NCBI RefSeq assembly: GCF_013315695.1
Contig: NZ_CP054353.1
Reading direction: 5' to 3' (one strand)
From: Escherichia coli
Lineage (GTDB): Bacteria > Pseudomonadota > Gammaproteobacteria > Enterobacterales > Enterobacteriaceae
Length of the DNA stretch: 64,000 bases
The translations under genes were made by a program, and so were the position numbers. Below are positions 11,265 through 25,009 of the stretch, one piece after another (positions within the stretch are counted from its first letter, which is position 1; every line of letters starts with the position of its first letter). The notes under the pieces were generated by a model. That model was not told where the DNA came from, did not search any database, and saw only the letters and a program-made list of their open reading frames with translations.

Positions 11265-11684
11265 GTGAAACCTGCTGCTCGTCGCCGCGCTCGTGAGTGT
11301 GCCGTCCAGGCGCTCTACTCCTGGCAGTTGTCCCAGAACGACATCGCTGATGTTGAATACCAGTTCCTGGCTGAACAGGATGTAAAAGACGTTGACGTCC
11401 TGTACTTCCGTGAGCTGCTGGCCGGGGTGGCGACTAACACCGCATACCTCGACGGACTGATGAAGCCATACCTGTCCCGCCTGCTGGAAGAACTGGGCCA
11501 GGTAGAAAAAGCAGTACTGCGCATTGCGCTGTACGAGCTGTCTAAACGTAGCGATGTGCCATACAAAGTGGCCATTAACGAAGCGATCGAACTGGCGAAA
11601 TCGTTCGGCGCAGAAGACAGCCATAAGTTCGTCAACGGCGTACTCGATAAAGCAGCACCTGTGATTCGCCCTAACAAAAAGTGA
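11265..11684 (+). CDS. nusB: transcription antitermination factor NusB
   Basis: 139-aa ORF, GTG start, NusB sequence. Confidence 0.95.
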
Positions 11685-11761
11685 TATCCAGGCCGGTAGA
11701 TTCACGGAAGACCGTTCCGCGATCGCCGGCCTTTTCTTTTTTACCTGCTGAGGCATAACGT

Positions 11762-12739
11762 ATGGCATGTGGCGAGTTCTCCCTGATTGCCCGTTATTTT
11801 GACCGTGTAAGAAGTTCTCGTCTTGATGTCGAACTGGGCATCGGCGACGATTGCGCACTTCTCAATATCCCCGAGAAGCAGACCCTGGCGATCAGCACTG
11901 ATACGCTGGTGGCGGGCAACCACTTCCTCCCTGATATCGATCCTGCTGATCTGGCGTATAAAGCACTGGCGGTGAACCTAAGCGATCTGGCAGCGATGGG
12001 GGCCGATCCAGCCTGGCTGACGCTGGCATTAACCTTACCGGACGTCGACGAAGCGTGGCTTGAGTCCTTCAGCGACAGTTTGTTTGATCTTCTCAATTAT
12101 TACGATATGCAACTCATTGGCGGCGATACCACGCGTGGGCCATTATCAATGACGCTGGGTATCCACGGCTTTGTTCCGATGGGACGAGCCTTAACGCGCG
12201 CTGGGGCGAAACCGGGTGACTGGATCTATGTGACCGGTACACCGGGCGATAGCGCCGCCGGGCTGGCGATTTTGCAAAACCGTTTGCAGGTTGCCGATGC
12301 TAAAGATGCGGACTACTTGATCAAACGTCATCTCCGTCCATCGCCGCGTATTTTACAGGGGCAGGCACTGCGTGATCTGGCAAATTCAGCTATCGATCTC
12401 TCTGACGGTCTGATTTCCGATCTCGGGCATATCGTGAAAGCCAGCGACTGCGGCGCACGTATTGACCTGGCATTGCTGCCGTTTTCTGATGCGCTTTCTC
12501 GCCATGTTGAACCTGAACAGGCGTTGCGCTGGGCGCTCTCTGGCGGTGAAGATTACGAGTTGTGTTTCACTGTGCCGGAACTGAACCGTGGCGCGCTGGA
12601 TGTGGCTCTCGGACACCTGGGCGTACCGTTTACCTGTATCGGGCAAATGACCGCCGATATCGAAGGGCTTTGTTTTATTCGTGACGGCGAACCTGTCACG
12701 TTAGACTGGAAAGGATATGACCATTTTGCCACGCCATAA
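11762..12739 (+). CDS. thiL: thiamine-monophosphate kinase
   Basis: 325-aa ORF, recognisable ThiL sequence. Confidence 0.93.
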   Translation: MACGEFSLIARYFDRVRSSRLDVELGIGDDCALLNIPEKQTLAISTDTLVAGNHFLPDIDPADLAYKALAVNLSDLAAMGADPAWLTLALTLPDVDEAWLESFSDSLFDLLNYYDMQLIGGDTTRGPLSMTLGIHGFVPMGRALTRAGAKPGDWIYVTGTPGDSAAGLAILQNRLQVADAKDADYLIKRHLRPSPRILQGQALRDLANSAIDLSDGLISDLGHIVKASDCGARIDLALLPFSDALSRHVEPEQALRWALSGGEDYELCFTVPELNRGALDVALGHLGVPFTCIGQMTADIEGLCFIRDGEPVTLDWKGYDHFATP

Positions 12740-13235
12740 AGATGTCGCGAAAAGTCGCCTGAAGATGAGTAATCCGTGGCATCTGCTTGCTGTCGGATTC
12801 GGAAGTGGATTAAGCCCAATCGTTCCTGGCACGATGGGATCGCTGGCAGCGATTCCGTTCTGGTATCTGATGACTTTTTTGCCCTGGCAGCTCTATTCGC
12901 TGGTGGTGATGCTGGGGATCTGTATCGGCGTGTATCTTTGTCATCAAACGGCGAAAGACATGGGTGTGCACGATCACGGCAGCATTGTCTGGGACGAATT
13001 TATCGGTATGTGGATCACGCTCATGGCGCTGCCGACCAATGACTGGCAGTGGGTTGCCGCCGGGTTTGTGATTTTCCGTATTCTGGATATGTGGAAGCCG
13101 TGGCCGATCCGTTGGTTTGATCGCAATGTACATGGCGGCATGGGGATCATGATTGACGATATTGTCGCCGGGGTGATTTCCGCAGGCATCCTGTACTTTA
13201 TTGGACATCACTGGCCGCTGGGTATTCTGTCGTAG
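12717..13235 (+). CDS. pgpA: phosphatidylglycerophosphatase A
   Basis: 172-aa ORF overlapping thiL 3' end by 23 nt. Confidence 0.93.
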   Translation: MTILPRHKDVAKSRLKMSNPWHLLAVGFGSGLSPIVPGTMGSLAAIPFWYLMTFLPWQLYSLVVMLGICIGVYLCHQTAKDMGVHDHGSIVWDEFIGMWITLMALPTNDWQWVAAGFVIFRILDMWKPWPIRWFDRNVHGGMGIMIDDIVAGVISAGILYFIGHHWPLGILS

Positions 13236-13247
13236 TTGTGCACCGAT

Positions 13248-13280
13248 GCCTGATGTGACGCTTGTCACGTCTCATCAGGC
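13248..13280. terminator. hairpin between convergent pgpA and yajO
   Basis: inverted repeat gcctgatg...catcaggc in the 53-bp convergent intergenic gap. Confidence 0.45.
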
Positions 13281-13288
13281 CTGCATAC

Positions 13289-14263
13289 CTATTTAAATCC
13301 TACGACCGGATGCGGTTTATACGGCGTTTCCAGTTCAGCAATCTGTTCCGGCTTCAAGGTGATATCCACCGCGTTCAGCAATTCATCAAGTTGTTCTTCC
13401 CGCGAAGTACCAATAATCGGCGCGGCAATGCCAGGTTTGCTCAACAACCATGCCAGCGCGACTTGTGCTCGCGTTGCCCCCAGTTCTTCACTGACGTCCG
13501 TTAAGCGTTCTGCAATCTGCGCGTCATTTTCATCGCTTTCTTGGTAGAGATTTTTCCCCACTTCATCCGACACCAGCCGCGCGGTGGTTTCTCCCCACGG
13601 ACGCGTCAGACGTCCCCGCGCCAGCGGGCTCCACGGAATCACCGCTACGCCTTCCTGATAACACAGCGGCAGCATCTCGCGCTCTTCTTCACGATAAATC
13701 AGATTGTAGTGATCCTGCATACTGACAAACTGCGCCCAGCCGTGCTGTTTTTGTAGTTCCAGTGCTTGAGCAAACTGCGAAGCGTGCATGGATGACGCGC
13801 CGATATAACGCGCTTTCCCGGCTTTTACCACGTCGTTGAGGGCTTCCAGCGTCTCTTCGATCGGCGTGTTGTAATCCCAGCGATGAATTTGCAGGATATC
13901 GACATAATCCATGCCGAGACGGCGCAGGCTGTCGTCGATAGAGCGCAAAATTTGTGCACGGGATAATCCTTCCGGTAAATCACCAACGCGATGGAACACT
14001 TTGGTCGCAACGACCACGTCTTCACGACGGGCGAAATCCCGCAGTGCGCGACCGACGATCTCTTCGCTGCTGCCATCGGAATAGCTATTGGCGGTATCAA
14101 AGAAATTTATGCCGCCTTCCAGCGCACGTTTAATAATGGGACGGCTGCTCTCTTCCGGCAGTGTCCATGCGTGATTACCGCGATCTGGCTCGCCAAAGGT
14201 CATACAGCCGAGGCAAAGTCGGGAAACGCGAAGGTCGGTTTTTCCTAAGGGCTTGTATTGCAT
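13289..14263 (-). CDS. yajO: aldo-keto reductase YajO
   Basis: 324-aa ORF with aldo-keto reductase features; conserved position. Confidence 0.93.
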   Translation of the reverse strand: MQYKPLGKTDLRVSRLCLGCMTFGEPDRGNHAWTLPEESSRPIIKRALEGGINFFDTANSYSDGSSEEIVGRALRDFARREDVVVATKVFHRVGDLPEGLSRAQILRSIDDSLRRLGMDYVDILQIHRWDYNTPIEETLEALNDVVKAGKARYIGASSMHASQFAQALELQKQHGWAQFVSMQDHYNLIYREEEREMLPLCYQEGVAVIPWSPLARGRLTRPWGETTARLVSDEVGKNLYQESDENDAQIAERLTDVSEELGATRAQVALAWLLSKPGIAAPIIGTSREEQLDELLNAVDITLKPEQIAELETPYKPHPVVGFK

Positions 14264-14317
14264 GCTGCCACTCCTACCATGAATAATTTCTTAAGCATAG
14301 CAGGAGTGGAGTAGGGA

Positions 14318-16180
<1,863 letters not shown>

Positions 16181-16204
16181 CAGGGGCCTATTAATACTTA
16201 TTGT

Positions 16205-17104
16205 TTATTTATTACGCTGGATGATGTAGTCCGCTAGCGCTTCCAGTGCCGAGGTATCGAGTGACTGTTCAGTCAGTTGTTTCAGCGACTGACGGGCATC
16301 GTCGATCAGATCCCGGGCTTTCTTCCGGGCTTGCTCAAGACCCAGAAGTGCAGGGTAGGTACTTTTACCAAGTTGCTGGTCGGCACCCTGGCGTTTTCCC
16401 AACGTTGCAGTATCTCCCACCACATCCAGGATGTCATCCTGAACCTGGAAGGCAAGGCCGATGCTCTCTGCGTACTTGTCGAGTACAGGCAGAGCACGAC
16501 GTCCTTTATCTCCGGCGCTTAATGCACCAAGGCGAACGGCGGCGCGAATCAATGCGCCGGTTTTATGACGATGAATACGCTCAAGCGCCTCCAGAGGTAC
16601 GTGTTTGCCTTCCGCGTCTAAATCTAATGCCTGACCACCGCACATTCCGGCAATACCGCTGGCGCTCGCCAGTTCAGAAATCATCGAAATTCTGTCGCGA
16701 TCCGACACTTCCGGCATATCAGCATCGCTTAAAATCGAGAACGCCAGCGTTTGTAAAGCGTCACCAGCGAGAATCGCGTTCGCTTCGCCAAACTTCACAT
16801 GGCAGGTCGGCAAACCGCGACGCAGATCGTCATCATCCATCGCCGGTAAATCATCATGAATTAATGAGTAAGCGTGGATACACTCAACGGCGGCAGCGGG
16901 TGCGTCCAGCGTGTTTGTGCTAACGCCGAACATATGACCGGTGGCATAAACCAGGAAAGGTCGCAGGCGCTTACCACCTAATAATGCGCCATACTGCATG
17001 GTTTCGACCACGGGAGTGTTCTGAAAGGGCAGTGGGGCGATAAAACGGCTCAGCGCCTGGTTGGCCTGCTTAACGCAGGCTTCGAGTTGCTGCGGAAAGT
17101 CCAT
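16205..17104 (-). CDS. ispA: farnesyl diphosphate synthase
   Basis: 299-aa ORF with two aspartate-rich motifs (LIHDDLPAMDDDDLRRG, FQVQDDILD). Confidence 0.95.
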   Translation of the reverse strand: MDFPQQLEACVKQANQALSRFIAPLPFQNTPVVETMQYGALLGGKRLRPFLVYATGHMFGVSTNTLDAPAAAVECIHAYSLIHDDLPAMDDDDLRRGLPTCHVKFGEANAILAGDALQTLAFSILSDADMPEVSDRDRISMISELASASGIAGMCGGQALDLDAEGKHVPLEALERIHRHKTGALIRAAVRLGALSAGDKGRRALPVLDKYAESIGLAFQVQDDILDVVGDTATLGKRQGADQQLGKSTYPALLGLEQARKKARDLIDDARQSLKQLTEQSLDTSALEALADYIIQRNK

Positions 17105-17346
17105 TACTCATTGTCCGGTGTAAAAGGGGTTAGAGAGGCGTCTTCATTGTCAGACAGCAGAATTTGCACGCGCTGTTCGGCTTGTTGTAATTTGGCCTGC
17201 CCCTGACGTGCCAGTTGCACGCCGCGTTCGAACTCGTTCAGCGCCTCTTCCAGCGGCAGGTCGCCACTTTCCAGACGGGTTACAATCTGTTCCAGCTCGC
17301 TCAGCGCCTTTTCAAAGCTGGCGGGCGCCTCATTTTTCTTCGGCAT
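17104..17346 (-). CDS. xseB: exodeoxyribonuclease VII small subunit
   Basis: 80-aa ORF; stop overlaps the ispA start. Confidence 0.93.
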
Positions 17347-17551
17347 AATGAATGTCTGACTCTCAATATTTTTCGCCCCGTCATGGTAACGGACTCAGGG
17401 CAAATAGCAAATAACGCGCAATGGTAAGGTGATGTGCGCAGCAAAGCGATGTTAGTGGTATACTTCCGCGCCTGGATGCAGCCGCAGGTGTGGGCTGCTG
17501 TATTTTTCCCTATACAAGTCGCTTAAGGCTTGCCAACGAACCATTGCCGCC

Positions 17552-19000
17552 ATGAAGTTTATCATTAAATTGTTCCCGGAAATCACCATCAAAAGCCAAT
17601 CTGTGCGCTTGCGCTTTATAAAAATCCTTACCGGGAACATTCGTAACGTTTTAAAGCACTATGATGAGACGCTCGCTGTCGTCCGCCACTGGGATAACAT
17701 CGAAGTTCGCGCAAAAGATGAAAACCAGCGTCTGGCCATTCGCGACGCCCTGACCCGTATTCCGGGTATCCACCATATTCTCGAAGTCGAAGACGTGCCG
17801 TTTACCGACATGCACGATATTTTCGAGAAAGCGTTGGTTCAGTATCGCGATCAGCTGGAAGGCAAAACCTTCTGCGTGCGCGTGAAGCGCCGTGGCAAAC
17901 ATGATTTTAGCTCGATTGATGTGGAACGTTACGTCGGCGGCGGTTTAAATCAGCATATTGAGTCCGCGCGCGTGAAGCTGACCAATCCGGATGTGACTGT
18001 CCATCTGGAAGTGGAAGACGATCGCCTCCTGCTAATTAAAGGCCGCTACGAAGGTATTGGCGGTTTCCCGATCGGCACCCAGGAAGATGTGTTGTCGCTC
18101 ATTTCCGGTGGTTTCGACTCCGGTGTTTCCAGTTATATGTTGATGCGTCGCGGCTGCCGCGTGCATTACTGCTTCTTTAACCTCGGCGGCGCGGCGCATG
18201 AAATTGGCGTGCGTCAGGTGGCGCATTATCTGTGGAACCGCTTTGGCAGCTCCCACCGCGTGCGTTTTGTCGCTATTAATTTCGAACCTGTCGTCGGGGA
18301 AATTCTCGAGAAAATCGACGACGGTCAGATGGGCGTTATCCTCAAACGTATGATGGTGCGTGCCGCGTCCAAAGTGGCAGAACGTTACGGCGTACAGGCG
18401 CTGGTTACCGGTGAAGCACTCGGCCAGGTGTCCAGCCAGACGCTGACCAACCTGCGCCTGATTGATAACGTCTCCGATACGCTGATCCTGCGTCCGCTGA
18501 TCTCTTACGACAAAGAGCACATCATCAACCTGGCTCGCCAGATTGGCACCGAAGACTTTGCCCGCACGATGCCGGAATATTGCGGCGTGATTTCCAAAAG
18601 CCCGACGGTGAAAGCGGTTAAATCGAAGATTGAAGCGGAAGAAGAGAAGTTCGACTTCAGCATTCTCGATAAAGTGGTTGAGGAAGCGAATAACGTTGAT
18701 ATCCGCGAAATCGCCCAGCAGACCGAGCAGGAAGTGGTGGAAGTGGAAACCGTCAATGGCTTCGGCCCGAACGACGTGATCCTCGATATCCGTTCTATCG
18801 ATGAACAGGAAGATAAGCCACTGAAAGTCGAAGGGATTGATGTGGTTTCTCTGCCGTTCTATAAACTGAGCACCAAATTTGGCGATCTCGACCAGAACAG
18901 AACCTGGCTACTGTGGTGTGAGCGCGGGGTGATGAGCCGTCTGCAGGCGCTCTATCTGCGCGAGCAGGGCTTTAACAATGTGAAGGTGTATCGCCCGTAA
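17552..19000 (+). CDS. thiI: tRNA 4-thiouridine synthase / thiazole biosynthesis protein ThiI
   Basis: 482-aa ORF with THUMP, PP-loop (SGGFDSGV) and C-terminal rhodanese-like domains. Confidence 0.95.
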   Translation: MKFIIKLFPEITIKSQSVRLRFIKILTGNIRNVLKHYDETLAVVRHWDNIEVRAKDENQRLAIRDALTRIPGIHHILEVEDVPFTDMHDIFEKALVQYRDQLEGKTFCVRVKRRGKHDFSSIDVERYVGGGLNQHIESARVKLTNPDVTVHLEVEDDRLLLIKGRYEGIGGFPIGTQEDVLSLISGGFDSGVSSYMLMRRGCRVHYCFFNLGGAAHEIGVRQVAHYLWNRFGSSHRVRFVAINFEPVVGEILEKIDDGQMGVILKRMMVRAASKVAERYGVQALVTGEALGQVSSQTLTNLRLIDNVSDTLILRPLISYDKEHIINLARQIGTEDFARTMPEYCGVISKSPTVKAVKSKIEAEEEKFDFSILDKVVEEANNVDIREIAQQTEQEVVEVETVNGFGPNDVILDIRSIDEQEDKPLKVEGIDVVSLPFYKLSTKFGDLDQNRTWLLWCERGVMSRLQALYLREQGFNNVKVYRP

Positions 19001-19013
19001 TATGTGGTTGTAA

Positions 19014-19040
19014 CGTCGCATCTGGTCAGATGCGACGTTT
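19014..19040. terminator. hairpin terminator between convergent thiI and yajL
   Basis: perfect 10-bp stem cgtcgcatct / agatgcgacg with 4-nt loop followed by TTT. Confidence 0.6.
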
Positions 19041-19053
19041 GCCGCATCCGACA

Positions 19054-20518
<1,465 letters not shown>

Positions 20519-20560
20519 TGTTCCTCCTCACCCGCAACCACTCCGGGTGTTCAATAAGGC

Positions 20561-20608
20561 TATCCCTTAATTGTGCATGCTGTTGCGACTATGCACAATT
20601 AAGGGATA
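20561..20608. promoter_or_regulatory. 18-bp perfect inverted repeat (tatcccttaattgtgcat / atgcacaattaagggata, 12-nt spacer) in the divergent panE-yajQ intergenic region
   Basis: reverse complement of the left arm equals the right arm exactly. Confidence 0.5.
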
Positions 20609-20685
20609 CGTCCTGGTGCAGGACTGTTGGTTATTTAACTTTGCAGGTATTATGCTTCGCATCAAAAATGAAGGTAGAGGAAAAG

Positions 20686-21177
20686 ATGCCATCTTTCGAT
20701 ATTGTCTCTGAAGTTGATCTTCAGGAAGCACGTAACGCGGTCGATAACGCGAGCCGCGAAGTGGAGTCCCGTTTTGACTTCCGTAATGTTGAAGCCTCAT
20801 TTGAGCTGAACGACGCCAGCAAAACCATCAAAGTGTTGAGCGAGTCCGATTTCCAGGTCAATCAGTTGCTGGATATTCTGCGTGCCAAGCTGCTGAAGCG
20901 CGGCATTGAAGGCAGTTCACTGGATGTACCGGAAAATATCGTTCATAGCGGTAAAACCTGGTTTGTGGAAGCGAAACTGAAACAGGGCATTGAGAGCGCG
21001 ACCCAGAAGAAAATCGTCAAGATGATTAAAGACAGCAAACTGAAAGTGCAGGCGCAAATTCAGGGCGATGAGATCCGTGTAACGGGTAAATCTCGTGATG
21101 ATTTGCAGGCTGTCATGGCGATGGTACGTGGGGGCGATCTCGGTCAGCCGTTCCAGTTCAAAAACTTCCGCGATTAA
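20686..21177 (+). CDS. yajQ: nucleotide-binding protein YajQ
   Basis: 163-aa product starting [18 protein letters not shown]; ATG at 20686 inside the longer track ORF. Confidence 0.93.
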
Positions 21178-21204
21178 TCGCGACAACCTGCGCTTTGTTC
21201 ATGT

Positions 21205-21295
21205 CAGATGCGGCATGAACGCCTGATTTGGCCTACAAAGGTTTATAACTCAGGAACTTTGTAGGCCTGGTAAGCGTAGCGCAGCAGGCAATTTC
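21205..21295. repeat. REP-like palindromic units (BIME-like) between yajQ and yajR
   Basis: gatgcggc...gcctgat..ggcctac motif plus an inverted copy; 11-bp inverted repeat ggcctacaaag / ctttgtaggcc. Confidence 0.5.
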
Positions 21296-21304
21296 GCCTC
21301 GCTT

Positions 21305-22669
21305 TTATGCCTGGCGAATTGCCTGTTCAACCTCAAAGCGATTCGTCACTTTGCTGTCGATTTTCACATACGCTGAATGTTCTTCTTCTGCAATCAACAC
21401 TTCTTTGACGCCTTCAGTTTCCAGCAAACGTACTTTTAACGCTTCGTTTGCGGCAATGTCCGCCGGGATTTCAATGCGCAAGCTGCTGACATACGGCGGT
21501 TCTTTCATGGTACTGGCGACTGCCAGCCACACTGCGGCCAGCATTGCGCCAGCGAGAAATACGCCCTGACCGTCAAACATGCCGTCAATCCAGCCGCCCA
21601 GCGAACCGCCAATCGCCACGCCAAGAAACTGGCTGGTGGAGTAAACACCCATCGCCGTACCTTTGTAACCTGCTGGCGATTCTTTACTGATAAGTGAAGG
21701 CAGAAGGGCTTCCATCAAATTAAACGCCACAAAGAAAAGCTGCACGCCGACCACCAGTTGCCAGAACTGCGTTTGTGCGTTCCACAACACAATTTCCGCA
21801 ACCACGATCAACCCGACGCAAAAGACAAAGACTTGCTTCATTTTGCGCTTAACTTCAGCGTAGATAATGAAAGGCACGACCGAGCCAAAGGCGATTAACA
21901 TCGTTGCCAGGTAGACCTTCCAGTGTTCAGCCGCCGGGAACCCCGCATCAGCCATCTGTCCGGGCAGGGCAACAAAGGTCGACATCAGCAAAATATGCAG
22001 ACACATAATGCCAAAGTTGAGTTTCAGCAGCCGCGGTTCCGCCAGCACTTTACTGAAACTGCCTTTCACCATTCCGGACTCACGATTAAGTACGTGAGTG
22101 CTACTGTTGGGCACAACCCAAATGGTCAACGCAATGCCGGTTGTTGCCAGAATAGCGATCATCCAGAACAGCGCGTGCAGCCCAAGTTTGTGAGTGATGA
22201 TCGGGCCAAGTACCATCGCAATGGCAAAGGTAATGCCAAAGCTCACGCCGATAAACGCCATCGCTTTGGTGCGGTTTTGTTCGCGCGTAAGATCGGAAAG
22301 CAGCGCCATAACGGCAGCGGCAATCGCACCGGAGCCTTGTAGCGCCCGGCCCAGAATAATTCCCCAGATGGAGTCAGAGAGCGCAGCGATAACGCTACCG
22401 GCGGCAAACACCGCCAGCCCACCGACAATTAATGGTTTGCGACCAATGCGGTCTGAAAGCAGGCCAAACGGAATCTGAAAAACGGCCTGCGTCAGACCAT
22501 AAATACCAATGGCAATACCGATTAATGCTTCGCTGGCACCTTGCAGAGCCATGCCGTACGTGGTCAGAACCGGCAGAACCATAAACATGCCCAGCATGCG
22601 CAACGAGAATACGGTGCCTAAACCCCAGGTCGCGCGCCGCTCACCTGGCGTCATTTTATAATCGTTCAT
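21305..22669 (-). CDS. yajR: MFS transporter YajR
   Basis: 454-aa product starting MNDYKMTPGERRA, AAGAGG ribosome-binding site 5 nt upstream; 12 TM-like segments plus C-terminal soluble domain. Confidence 0.92.
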   Translation of the reverse strand: MNDYKMTPGERRATWGLGTVFSLRMLGMFMVLPVLTTYGMALQGASEALIGIAIGIYGLTQAVFQIPFGLLSDRIGRKPLIVGGLAVFAAGSVIAALSDSIWGIILGRALQGSGAIAAAVMALLSDLTREQNRTKAMAFIGVSFGITFAIAMVLGPIITHKLGLHALFWMIAILATTGIALTIWVVPNSSTHVLNRESGMVKGSFSKVLAEPRLLKLNFGIMCLHILLMSTFVALPGQMADAGFPAAEHWKVYLATMLIAFGSVVPFIIYAEVKRKMKQVFVFCVGLIVVAEIVLWNAQTQFWQLVVGVQLFFVAFNLMEALLPSLISKESPAGYKGTAMGVYSTSQFLGVAIGGSLGGWIDGMFDGQGVFLAGAMLAAVWLAVASTMKEPPYVSSLRIEIPADIAANEALKVRLLETEGVKEVLIAEEEHSAYVKIDSKVTNRFEVEQAIRQA

Positions 22670-23075
22670 TACCACCTCTTAAAAAAATGCCCACATAGTG
22701 TAGTGCGGAGCGCATGTTGGGTAAACAGAGTGTTAATGAGAAAATATTACAGAGGAGAATAGTTTGTGTGTCAGGTATGTTTATTTTGCATTCATAAAAT
22801 GAATGCTCTATATGTTGAAAAAATTATTCTTAAAGCTAAATAGTTTTACATCAAAAGTAATAATATTATTTCTTGATTGCTATGTGCATTTTTTATCTTG
22901 CGAACATGCTATTTTTATCTCACTAAATAAACGATTTGGTGACATCGATGATAATGTTTCAGGTTAAATGTGTGCTTATTACTTGGGCCTTTATTGTACT
23001 GTATTTATTCATTAAATGGATGTTTGGTGGTTAATTATCATGGAAATATATGACAGAGAGAGCATAAAGGTATAC

Positions 23076-24011
23076 ATGTTAACTAAAAGAATATTATTTT
23101 CTTTAATGCTAATAGTTTCACCATGCGTGGTGGCAAGCGAGAAAGCGCATGAATTGTATGACAGCATATACGGTGGTCAACCTGCGCCCGATGTTATAAA
23201 TAGACTGCATAAAATGGCTGAATTGGGAGATGTCGACGCGCAGAGCCTGTTAGGCTGGGAATATTATCAGCCTCGCTTTGATACCAAACCTGATGTTCAG
23301 GAAGCGATTAAATGGTTTGAGTTAGCCGCTAAACACGGTGATAGAGAAGCTCCGTTAGCGCTGGGGAGTATCTACTACGACGGTGAGCTGGTGCGGGTGG
23401 ATTATGCCAAAGCGTATGCACTATTTAATCAGGCCGCGCAATACGGTGTGAATTTAGCATGGTCCAGGTTGGGCATGATGTACGCCAATGGTCAGTATGT
23501 TGAGGTCGATTGTAAGAAAGCGAAGGAATATCTTGATAAAGGTGTCCACATTTATGGTGGTCCGGAAGACTTTCTGGCTACATGTCGAAAAGACATGATT
23601 GACAGAAAAATGGTTGACGATACGTTACCCGTGATCACGGTTACCCGTTCTGGGATGCGGGATAATTTTTTAGATAAAGGTTTTTCCTGCATGGATAGCC
23701 TCTTCGCCACCACCAATAAATTAGGCGAAGTGGCCAATCTTCGCGTGACATTCAGCATTCGTAGCCCATCCGGTAAGGAGATTAACCAAACGGTTGGCTT
23801 CGCGCCTTTCGGTTTAAACCGGCTGAATATTAGCTTTACTGATTACATATTTGATTCATTTACCAGTAATTCGTCTCTAATTCTTTATAAACCGGAATTT
23901 GAGCGAAAATCTTGTGCAACTGTAAGGACCACAATCGTTGCCGCAACGGCAACCATTAACGGCAAGGATGTGGAGTTGCTGAAAGCGGGGGCAATTGAAC
24001 AAAAGTGGTAA
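23076..24011 (+). CDS. secreted Sel1-like repeat (SLR/TPR-like) protein with uncharacterised C-terminal domain; absent from the K-12 arrangement as I recall it
   Basis: ATG at 23076 with AAAGG ribosome-binding site; N-terminal signal peptide (cleavage around VVA-SE); repeats of LG..Y..G.GV..D..KA..WF..AA..G; AT-rich codon usage. Confidence 0.75.
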   Translation: MLTKRILFSLMLIVSPCVVASEKAHELYDSIYGGQPAPDVINRLHKMAELGDVDAQSLLGWEYYQPRFDTKPDVQEAIKWFELAAKHGDREAPLALGSIYYDGELVRVDYAKAYALFNQAAQYGVNLAWSRLGMMYANGQYVEVDCKKAKEYLDKGVHIYGGPEDFLATCRKDMIDRKMVDDTLPVITVTRSGMRDNFLDKGFSCMDSLFATTNKLGEVANLRVTFSIRSPSGKEINQTVGFAPFGLNRLNISFTDYIFDSFTSNSSLILYKPEFERKSCATVRTTIVAATATINGKDVELLKAGAIEQKW

Positions 24012-24066
24012 CGCTGCTCAGTCCCCGGCTGAGGCAAAACTAGCCCTGGCCGGAGGCGATAATAAT

Positions 24067-24609
24067 CTAAGCCGCGAGAATATGCTGAATCGCTAAAAAC
24101 ATCGGTACAGCACCGAAAACATTGGGCCTCGCTGAAAGCTGAACAAAGCCGAGGCGAGTATAAAAGTTAATGGCGGCAGGGTCAGCATCAAGATAAACCC
24201 CTTTAATTGGTAATGCACGGTGAATTATTTTTACATGTTCAAAAAAATCACATAGTAGGTCCTGACCAAAGCCCCGCTTTTGATATTTCCGCGCTACCCC
24301 TAACATGACTAATCTGACAACACCAATCTCTGAAGGTTGTGAACCCTGAAGGACGCCAGAAACGCGTTGTTTTTCCAGCGAATATGCCGTAAAAGTACAG
24401 ATGCCAATCAGTTCACCACTTTGTCTGTCAATAAGAGCTTTAGCAGCACAGTCGCTATTACGCACACTTTTCTTTAGCGATGCGCGTACAAATTTATCGA
24501 TAACAGGGTTACCGCAATCAAACTGTTTTTGCCCAGGATAAGTAATATCAGACTGATAATTACAGGAGAGGACTATGGGCAGAGTAATCTCTTCATGCTT
24601 GTCGACCAT
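24067..24609 (-). CDS. GNAT-family acetyltransferase toxin (TacT/AtaT/ItaT-like) of a type II toxin-antitoxin pair
   Basis: 180-aa ORF with FDCG motif near the N-terminus and acetyl-CoA-binding motif QKRGFGQDLL; start overlaps the stop of the upstream antitoxin gene. Confidence 0.75.
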   Translation of the reverse strand: MVDKHEEITLPIVLSCNYQSDITYPGQKQFDCGNPVIDKFVRASLKKSVRNSDCAAKALIDRQSGELIGICTFTAYSLEKQRVSGVLQGSQPSEIGVVRLVMLGVARKYQKRGFGQDLLCDFFEHVKIIHRALPIKGVYLDADPAAINFYTRLGFVQLSARPNVFGAVPMFLAIQHILAA

Positions 24610-24904
24610 CGCTGTTTTTCCTTTTCATTAACGCCTTGAGGGCGAGCGTCGGTTGAGCAGGTTCAGCGATGAGTTGGTTCATCAGTTCCCAGCTTTGATT
24701 CGAAAGCTCACGGCGACGTTGGTTATCAAGCACACTTTCGGCGCGTTCCATAGCTGCGCTCAAAATAAAAGCGCTTAAATCTACCCCAACGGCTTGCGCA
24801 GCTTCACGAAGTTTGTTTTTGGCGTCGGGACTGGTTTTGAGTTCAACCCGCGCATTTTTCAGCGTTTTATCGATATCGGGTAGAGCGACTGTTTTTCCAG
24901 GCAT
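24593..24904 (-). CDS. DUF1778/ribbon-helix-helix antitoxin (TacA/AtaR-like) partner of the GNAT toxin
   Basis: 103-aa product from ATG at 24904 with AAGAGG ribosome-binding site; RHH-like N-terminus; 17-nt overlap with the toxin gene. Confidence 0.7.
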   Translation of the reverse strand: MPGKTVALPDIDKTLKNARVELKTSPDAKNKLREAAQAVGVDLSAFILSAAMERAESVLDNQRRRELSNQSWELMNQLIAEPAQPTLALKALMKRKNSDGRQA

Positions 24905-25009
24905 TATGACCTCTTTGATTAACTGAATGAAATCGTAGGGAGTCGATCTCATGCATAATACGGCTATCAACCGTGTGATTAATTTATGTGCATATGCTCA
25001 CTCTGTCAA

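Noticed and set aside
22676-23075. Possible integration site (att or tRNA remnant) or integrase fragment at the left edge of the AT-rich islet
   Set aside because: No direct repeats bracketing the islet and no integrase-like ORF could be identified by eye; left as an unresolved acquisition mechanism.
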